Of a stretch of 64,000 nucleotides of DNA, positions 57,628-64,000 are shown piece by piece. This DNA comes from an uncultured Prevotellaceae bacterium (lineage in GTDB: Bacteria; Bacteroidota; Bacteroidia; Bacteroidales; Bacteroidaceae). Every line of letters starts with the position of its first letter. The stretch's first letter is position 1. The stretch lies in contig CAMJFC010000009.1 of the NCBI GenBank assembly GCA_946404865.1, positions 481 through 64,480 on the forward strand, in the 5' to 3' direction. The position numbers were made by a program, and so were the translations under genes. A model generated the notes under the pieces. It was not told where the DNA came from and did not search any database. It saw nothing but the letters and a program-made list of their open reading frames with translations.

Positions 57628-59253
57628 ATGGCAAAAACACCTGAATTTAAGTATGCGCCCATGTTTCAACTGGGCAAAGACGACACCGAGTACCGCCTGT
57701 TGACCAAAGAAGGTATCAGCATGGGGGATTTCGAAGGAAAACCCATCCTCAAAGTGAGCAAAGAGGCTCTGACCCTGCTGGCCCAAGAGGCTTTCCATGA
57801 TGTGGAGTTCATGCTGCGCCGCAGTCACAACGAGCAAGTGGCCGCCATCCTGAGCGACCCCGATGCGAGCGAGAACGACAAATACGTGGCTCTGCAGTTC
57901 CTGCGCAATGCTGAGACCGCCTGCAAGGGCATCCTGCCCTTCTGTCAGGACACCGGCACCGCCATCATCCACGGCGAAAAGGGACAGCAAGTATGGACTG
58001 GCTTTGAAGACGAGGAGGCCCTCAGCCTCGGCGTGTACAACACGTTTGTGAATGAGAACCTGCGCTACTCACAGAATGCGCCGCTCAACATGTACGACGA
58101 GGTGAACACCCGTTGCAACCTGCCCGCACAGATTGACATCGAGGCCGTGGAAGGTTGTGAATACCGTTTCGTGATGGTGGCAAAAGGTGGCGGTTCGGCC
58201 AACAAGACCTACTTCTACCCCATGACCAAAGCAACCATCCAAAACGAAGGCACACTGCTGCCCTTCCTCGTGGAGAAGATGAAGTCATTGGGGACGGCTG
58301 CCTGTCCGCCCTACCACATCGCCTTCGTTATCGGCGGCACATCGGCCGAGAAAAACCTGCTGACCGTGAAACTGGCCTCCATCAAATATTACGACAGTCT
58401 GCCCACCACAGGCGATGAGACGGGACGTGCTTTCCGCGACATCGACTTGGAGGAGAAACTGCTGCGTGAGGCTGAGAAAATCGGTTTGGGCGCACAGTTC
58501 GGCGGTAAGGCCTTCGCCCACGACATCCGTGTGGTGCGTCTGCCCCGTCACGGTGCCTCCTGCCCCATCGGCATGGGTGTGTCGTGCAGCGCTGACCGCA
58601 ACATCAAGGCGAAAATCAACGCCGATGGTGTGTGGTTGGAGAAGATGGACTCGAACCCCACAGAGCTCATCCCCGAGGAGTATTGCCGTCCGGGCGAGGG
58701 TGCCAAGGGCATCAGCATCAACCTGGATGAGGGCATCGACGCCGTGCGCAAAGAACTGACGAAATATCCTGTATCCACCCGTGTGAGCCTCAACGGCACT
58801 ATCATTGTGGCACGCGACATCGCCCACGCTAAGCTGAAAGCCCGTCTGGATGCCGGCGAGGAGATGCCCGCCTACTTTAAAGACCATCCCGTACTCTACG
58901 CCGGACCGGCCAAGACACCAGAGGGTTATCCCTGCGGTTCGATGGGTCCCACCACGGCCAACCGCATGGATCCGTATGTGGATGAGTTCCAAGACCACGG
59001 CGCCTCGCTTGTGATGATTGCCAAGGGCAACCGCACCCAGGCCGTGACTGATGCCTGCAAGAAACACGGCGGATTCTACCTCGGTTCCATTGGCGGTGCA
59101 GCTGCCGTGCTGTCGCAGACGAGCATCAAGTCGATCGAGTGCGTGGAATATCCTGAACTCGGAATGGAAGCCATTTGGAAGATTCGTGTGGTTGACTTCC
59201 CCGCCTTCATCCTCGTCGATGACAAAGGCAACGACTTCTTCAAAACGTTGTAA
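57628..59253 (+). CDS. Fumarate hydratase class I (Fe-S)
   Basis: [41 protein letters not shown]. Confidence 0.96.
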   Translation: MAKTPEFKYAPMFQLGKDDTEYRLLTKEGISMGDFEGKPILKVSKEALTLLAQEAFHDVEFMLRRSHNEQVAAILSDPDASENDKYVALQFLRNAETACKGILPFCQDTGTAIIHGEKGQQVWTGFEDEEALSLGVYNTFVNENLRYSQNAPLNMYDEVNTRCNLPAQIDIEAVEGCEYRFVMVAKGGGSANKTYFYPMTKATIQNEGTLLPFLVEKMKSLGTAACPPYHIAFVIGGTSAEKNLLTVKLASIKYYDSLPTTGDETGRAFRDIDLEEKLLREAEKIGLGAQFGGKAFAHDIRVVRLPRHGASCPIGMGVSCSADRNIKAKINADGVWLEKMDSNPTELIPEEYCRPGEGAKGISINLDEGIDAVRKELTKYPVSTRVSLNGTIIVARDIAHAKLKARLDAGEEMPAYFKDHPVLYAGPAKTPEGYPCGSMGPTTANRMDPYVDEFQDHGASLVMIAKGNRTQAVTDACKKHGGFYLGSIGGAAAVLSQTSIKSIECVEYPELGMEAIWKIRVVDFPAFILVDDKGNDFFKTL

Positions 59254-59341
59254 ACTGTTCGTGTCCTTTTTGGACTCCGACTGATTGATTTTTCCGTCAA
59301 AACACGATTTTTTTCGTAGTTTTGACGGAAAAACACGTTAT

Positions 59342-59415
59342 TTGCGTAATTTTTACACAAAATATTTGCAAGATTAAAATTATCCTTTTATCTTTGCCGC
59401 GTAAAATCTACACAA
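59342..59415 (+). promoter_or_regulatory. Promoter flanked by two GT-N7-AC (NrtR-like) operators
   Basis: TTGCGTAATTTTTACACAA (59342-59360), TATCTTTG (59389-59396), GCGTAAAATCTACACAA (59399-59415). Confidence 0.6.
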
Positions 59416-59435
59416 TTAATCTAATTCAATCCATT

Positions 59436-60242
59436 ATGCCCTACAATTACAGACAAATCAATTTCAGTGTGATGTCAGACACCGCACAATGTTGTAAGAA
59501 CATCCCGGAGCTCAAGACGGCTATCGACTACTCCATCGCCCACCAAAAGATGGTATCAGAAGAAGAGAATATCGACCAACCACAGGTGGATGAGCCCCAT
59601 ACGAGGTACATCGTTTCCGGGAAGCGTAGTTTTGAGGCCGCCAAAGCCTACAAAGGCAAAAAGGTGGCTGTGCTGAACTATGCTAATAACCACAACATCG
59701 GAGGTGCCCCTTATAGCGCTGGCGCCCAAGAAGAATCGCTCTGCAGGTGCTCCACGCTCTTCCCGTGTCTTATCGCGATGGACACTCCTTTTTACGAAAA
59801 GCACCGCCAAATGTACAACAAACGGCAGATGGATTTCATGGGCAATGACGACCTCATCTACACGCCTGACGTGATTGTGTTTAAGACTGACGAACGCACT
59901 GATCCAGTATTTCCACAGATGATGCCACTCGACGAATGGTACAAAGTGAATGTCATCACATGCGCCGCACCGCAGTTGACACACAACACCGCCTTACCCT
60001 CTGGTTATAAAGACGCCATTCGCTCTCGCATCAAGAAAATCCTTGACGTAGCCGCCATGGAAGGCAACGAAGTGGTCATCCTCGGCGCATGGGGATGCGG
60101 TGCGTTTAAGAATCCCATCGAGATTGTGTCAAAAATCATGGTTGAGCTCGTCAAAAACTACGATTTCGAAGTGGTGGAATTTGCACTGGCCACCCACCAT
60201 GATGTCAGCAACTCCGCTTTTGCACGCGCCCTGCAAGACTGA
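59436..60242 (+). CDS. TIGR02452 family PARG-like macrodomain protein
   Basis: VAVLNYAN...GG, GAQEESLCRCSTL, IYTPDV, ITCAAP, ILGAWGCGAFKNP. Confidence 0.9.
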   Translation: MPYNYRQINFSVMSDTAQCCKNIPELKTAIDYSIAHQKMVSEEENIDQPQVDEPHTRYIVSGKRSFEAAKAYKGKKVAVLNYANNHNIGGAPYSAGAQEESLCRCSTLFPCLIAMDTPFYEKHRQMYNKRQMDFMGNDDLIYTPDVIVFKTDERTDPVFPQMMPLDEWYKVNVITCAAPQLTHNTALPSGYKDAIRSRIKKILDVAAMEGNEVVILGAWGCGAFKNPIEIVSKIMVELVKNYDFEVVEFALATHHDVSNSAFARALQD

Positions 60243-60357
60243 ATGATTTCTAATTCATACACAAAACCTATAGTTTCATACATCTGCTGGGCCATCATTT
60301 GGAAAAAGAGGTTGAAGTATGTAAATTTGCAGCGTGAAAAACAAACAACTAAAAGAA

Positions 60358-60921
60358 ATGAATATGAATTTACGTGGCAAATTTAAGAGTTTGAAATGGT
60401 GGCAAAAGACGATTATCGTGTGTATAGGCATCACACTGGTGTGGAATCACCTGCCCTACCGTTACGATGTGGAAGGTGCCGCCGACTATGCCTCACGGAA
60501 TGCTGAGTTGAAATCAAAAACATGGTGCGCTTTTTATGTGATGCGCGCCATGCAGAGTGGCGGTAACTGTCCGATTGGTATTCTGCCTGCATACGCATAC
60601 GCCCAGACCCTGCCGCAGATGGGGTTTGAGGAGGTGGCAACAGAGAAAGGCGGGGCCAAGCCCTTGAAAGGTGACATCTCTGTATTGCCCAGCAATCATA
60701 AGCACCCCTTCGGACACATCGCTATCTACGATGGCCATCAATGGGTGTCAGACTTCAAACAGAAAGACATCTATCCAGGTCCAGCCTATAGGGCTGTCGG
60801 GAAGTATCAAATTTTCCGGACGACGAACGGCTGGCATTGGAAGCATGTGTGGACTCATCCAGGACAGTGGTGGGGTTGGATTCAATCTGTGGCAAAAGGA
60901 TGGCTGCATTTAGGGGTATGA
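60358..60921 (+). CDS. CHAP/NlpC-P60-like peptidoglycan amidase, membrane-anchored
   Basis: TM helix; CAFYVMRAM, GD, GHIAIYDG..WVSDFKQ. Confidence 0.8.
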   Translation: MNMNLRGKFKSLKWWQKTIIVCIGITLVWNHLPYRYDVEGAADYASRNAELKSKTWCAFYVMRAMQSGGNCPIGILPAYAYAQTLPQMGFEEVATEKGGAKPLKGDISVLPSNHKHPFGHIAIYDGHQWVSDFKQKDIYPGPAYRAVGKYQIFRTTNGWHWKHVWTHPGQWWGWIQSVAKGWLHLGV

Positions 60922-60985
60922 CGTCCCCTGTCAAGAGGTGAAACCGAACTGCCACAAAAGGAACCAAACGAAAAGGAGTTAGGCA

Positions 60986-61711
60986 ATGGCAAAAAAGAGC
61001 AAGAAAAGACATAAGCGGAGCGGCAAGAAAAGAGGTCTGCAGCGCAGATGGCGGATATACGCTATTGTTGGGGTGGCACTGCTGGCTGCTGTTGGTGGCG
61101 TGCTCTGCTTGAAGAATTGCGGGCTTGATGTCATGTTAAAAGGCAGTATAGTCTCGGATGCTACCGCCACAGCTGACAGCAGCTACCAATTCGGCGACTT
61201 GAACCCCACGCAGTTGGCCGCCGCGAAGGAGTTGGGCATCACGCCTGCCGAGACGCGCGATGAACTGAAAGAGCGGTTGGACAATCTGGTGAAGATCGCC
61301 AGCAACGATGATTATCGGGTGGACTACATGGAACACTCTATGCCCTACCTCACACACGGGGCGGAACAGTTGCTGAGCGACATTGGCAAGGGGTTTCAGC
61401 AGCGATTGAAGGAGGAGGGCTATCGCGAGCACCGCATCATCGTGACCTCTGCCTTGCGCACGATAGAAGACCAGACAAAACTGAGCAAGAGCAACGCCAA
61501 TGCCGCCAAGCAGTCGGCTCACTGCTATGCCACCACGTTCGACATCACCTATACGCGGTTTTACCGACCGACGGGCGACGGCGCCGACATCGACACGAAA
61601 CAACTCGCCAATGTGCTTGGTGCTACGTTGAAAGAATTGCGCGATGCGAGCCGCTGCTATGTGAAGTACGAAATGCGGCAGCACTGCTTCCACATCACCA
61701 CCCGCAAGTAG
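60986..61711 (+). CDS. DUF5715-like protein (M15/DD-peptidase-like fold)
   Basis: Basic N-terminus plus TM helix; VTSALRT..Q, SAH...TFDI, E...CFHIT. Confidence 0.75.
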   Translation: MAKKSKKRHKRSGKKRGLQRRWRIYAIVGVALLAAVGGVLCLKNCGLDVMLKGSIVSDATATADSSYQFGDLNPTQLAAAKELGITPAETRDELKERLDNLVKIASNDDYRVDYMEHSMPYLTHGAEQLLSDIGKGFQQRLKEEGYREHRIIVTSALRTIEDQTKLSKSNANAAKQSAHCYATTFDITYTRFYRPTGDGADIDTKQLANVLGATLKELRDASRCYVKYEMRQHCFHITTRK

Positions 61712-61882
61712 AAACGACACGAAGAACGCTGAACTGAGGTCTGATTCAGCAGATATAGACAAAATATTGAAATCTTCGGCATTTTTTTGGATAAATGACA
61801 CGAAAGATGTATCTTTGTGGCAGAATCCTGAAAAGACTGACTGTCAGGAAATACAGATAATCACGATAAAAAACGAACCAAC

Positions 61883-62719
61883 ATGAAAGTCAGAAGAATT
61901 TATCAGACCCTGTTGTTGCTGCTTTTCGCCACAAGCATCAACGCACAATCAAATGGTTCTGAGTCACATCCATCCACCGTGGAGGTGGAAATCAAAGGAG
62001 CAGGTGGTAACTTCTTGTTCGAATGCAAAGTCAACGGACTGACGACCACGGCACAAATCAACCCGAAAGGGAAAGAGATTCTGATTGACATCGCTTTTGC
62101 CCGGCGGCTCATGGCTCAAGGCTACATCACGAAGGCAGACATCATCAAACGCGGCAAGACAAAAGACCCCGACGGATTGTCTGTCGGTGCCATAGTCAAC
62201 ATCTCCCGGCTGAGAGTGGCATCTGGGTTCGTTTTGGAAAACATCGAGGCCAAAGTGATCTCCATGCCTGACACCAAATTGGTGATTAGTCCCAAGCAAC
62301 TCGAACTTTTGGGCAACTACGAAATCAACAAGTACGAAGGGAAACTCACCATGAGCAAGGAACAACTCTTCCGCAGTAGGAACAATCGCGAACAAGTATA
62401 TGACGAGACTGAAGTGGCGGAAATAGCCCAGTTTCCGGGCGGCCTCTCCGCGTTAAGCCAGTTCCTCGGCGAGAACATCACTTATCCAAAGAAAGCGCAA
62501 GAGCTCAACATACAAGGCAAGGTAAAAGTCTATTTCATTGTCGAGAAAAATGGCAGCATCAGCAACATCGAAGTGGTTGACGAGGTTCACCCGCTATTAG
62601 ACATGGAGGCTGTGCGAGCAGTGAGCATCATGCCACGGTGGATACCTGGAAAGTTAAATGATGGTACCGTCATTCGGCAGAGTTTCACCCTGCCTGTCAA
62701 TTTCAAATTCACGGAATGA
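61883..62719 (+). CDS. TonB C-terminal domain protein with an N-terminal retropepsin-like domain
   Basis: Signal peptide; FPGG, YPKKA...IQGKV.V.FIVEKNG, LDMEAVR, W.PG, LPVNF. Confidence 0.85.
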   Translation: MKVRRIYQTLLLLLFATSINAQSNGSESHPSTVEVEIKGAGGNFLFECKVNGLTTTAQINPKGKEILIDIAFARRLMAQGYITKADIIKRGKTKDPDGLSVGAIVNISRLRVASGFVLENIEAKVISMPDTKLVISPKQLELLGNYEINKYEGKLTMSKEQLFRSRNNREQVYDETEVAEIAQFPGGLSALSQFLGENITYPKKAQELNIQGKVKVYFIVEKNGSISNIEVVDEVHPLLDMEAVRAVSIMPRWIPGKLNDGTVIRQSFTLPVNFKFTE

Positions 62720-62745
62720 GGATGTTTTCACAAAGCAAACACATT

Positions 62746-62788
62746 TGGGCTATAACCTTTAAAACAATCAGGGTATAGCCCATTTTTT
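62746..62788 (+). terminator. Intrinsic terminator
   Basis: TGGGCTATA/TATAGCCCA stem followed by T6. Confidence 0.6.
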
Positions 62789-62905
62789 AATGTTCTTTTA
62801 ATAAAAAAACCAACTACGCACAAAGAGTTCGCCCCAGAGTAATACTTTTGCACAAAAATCAAAACACTAATCCTCTGTTTACTTTTTCGAGAGATGACAT
62901 ATTAT

Positions 62906-62997
62906 ACTTTCGGAAGTTGAAGAAGTTAAGGAAGTTAGAGAAGTTAAAAGGACATTAGTCAAAGTATTCTTACTCCCTGATGTATAGTCCAAGAAGA
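62906..62997 (+). mobile_element. Left-half copy of the MITE-like element at 44231
   Basis: ACTTTCGGAAGTT, GAAGTTA repeats, GGACA.TAGTCAAAGTATT......CC.TGATGTAT. Confidence 0.6.
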
Positions 62998-63023
62998 GAA
63001 GGGCTCAACATCCACCGCTTGTC

Positions 63024-63147
63024 TTGTGTTATTTTTACATGACAAAATGGCACAACATGACAATCCGGCATTTTTTGTGTAATTTTTACGCGGCAATGTG
63101 ACAGAAATAACAATTGACATGATATTTGTTGTGTAAAAATCACATAA
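63024..63147. promoter_or_regulatory. Three GT-N7-AC (NrtR-like) operators upstream of the vWA gene
   Basis: TTGTGTTATTTTTACAT, TTGTGTAATTTTTACGC, TTGTGTAAAAATCACATAA. Confidence 0.6.
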
Positions 63148-63231
63148 CAAAATAAAAAAATGGATTTCCAACTTCATTTTTTTCGATAAAAAATCTCTAA
63201 GTAATAGAAACAAACCAAAATTCAAAAAACA

Positions 63232-64000
63232 ATGAGTATGTTTGACAAAATTTTCAAAGCGTTCGGCTTCAACAAGCCACAAGAACCCGAAGTAAACAAC
63301 GAAGTAAAAGCCTCTGAGTACGGCACAAAGCCAGAGGCTGAGAACATGTCTGATGAGATTGAAGCCAAGGCCGAGAGTACTGAAGCCAAGGCCGAGAGTG
63401 AGGCCGAAAAGGCTGAAGCAAATACAGATGGGGAAAAATCGCGCATCTACAATCTCCTCATCGTGGACGAGAGCGGTTCGATGAGTCATCTGCGCCAATC
63501 GACCCTGTCTGGCATCAACGAGACGCTCAACACCATCCGCAGCGCTCAGAAAGAATTCGCCGACACACAGGAACATTATGTCACTTTGGTAACATTTGAC
63601 TCCGGAGGTAACCGTCGCGATGTGCGCACCATCATCGACTGTGAGCCCATTGAGAATGTGGGAGAATTCAACGACTACCGGCCGAATGGATGCACACCAC
63701 TCTACGATGCGATGGGCAACTCTATCGTGCAGTTGCAGAGCAAGATGAAGGGCGACCCAAAGGCTACGGCATTGGTAACGGTTCTGACCGACGGCCTGGA
63801 GAACTCTTCACGCGAATGGGATGCGAAAGCCGTTCGACAGCTCATTGAGCGGTTGACCGAAGAGGGCTGGTCATTCTCGTACATGGGTTCTGCTCACGAT
63901 GTCAAGTCGGTGACCGACTTGCTGAGCATCCACAATGTGATGGAGTTCAGTCACGACGACTTGGGCAGTGCCAACACATGGGAGCGCGAGCGTGGTTCGA
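63232..64000 (+). CDS. von Willebrand factor A domain protein; runs off the window end
   Basis: Manual translation MSMFDKIFKAFGF...IYNLLIVDESGSM (MIDAS DxSxS)...GCTPLYDAMG...VLTDGLENSSRE; absent from the ORF track because there is no stop in the window. Confidence 0.9.
   Translation, partial: MSMFDKIFKAFGFNKPQEPEVNNEVKASEYGTKPEAENMSDEIEAKAESTEAKAESEAEKAEANTDGEKSRIYNLLIVDESGSMSHLRQSTLSGINETLNTIRSAQKEFADTQEHYVTLVTFDSGGNRRDVRTIIDCEPIENVGEFNDYRPNGCTPLYDAMGNSIVQLQSKMKGDPKATALVTVLTDGLENSSREWDAKAVRQLIERLTEEGWSFSYMGSAHDVKSVTDLLSIHNVMEFSHDDLGSANTWERERGS

Noticed and set aside
59289-59333. Perfect 15-bp inverted repeat as a mobile-element end
   Set aside because: Single short hairpin just after the fumarate hydratase stop; most simply a terminator or operator
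60358-61711. Prophage lysis cassette
   Set aside because: No holin, structural, integrase or replication genes; host-like composition
62959-63576. 205-aa minus-strand ORF
   Set aside because: Antisense to the vWA gene and runs through operator and repeat sequence

Overview
A 64-kb chromosomal window from a Bacteroidales bacterium, most likely Prevotella-like. This assignment rests on TAnnTTTG promoter boxes, the MurF-Alr fusion, fkp, GH97 and many lipoproteins. It holds about 50 genes, mostly housekeeping (udk, rpmE2, trxB, preA, fkp, mtnN, luxS, typA, nagB, hflX, fumarate hydratase). I found no rRNA, tRNA, CRISPR array, transposase or prophage. Points of note: (1) a putative extracellular nucleic-acid scavenging locus (secreted EEP nuclease, TonB-dependent barrel, two lipoproteins, a NucA-type nuclease) co-arranged with a uracil-DNA glycosylase and uridine kinase; (2) five copies of a GT-N7-AC (NrtR-like) operator shared by a PARG-like TIGR02452 gene and a vWA gene; (3) an AT-rich orphan Ntox44-like toxin/immunity pair followed by a frameshifted RHS-core remnant; (4) two promoter-plus-terminator small-RNA candidates, one complementary to the start codon of the TonB-dependent receptor; (5) several families of short intergenic repeats, two of which appear inserted in frame into coding genes. 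Product calls come from motif recognition only; no database search was run.
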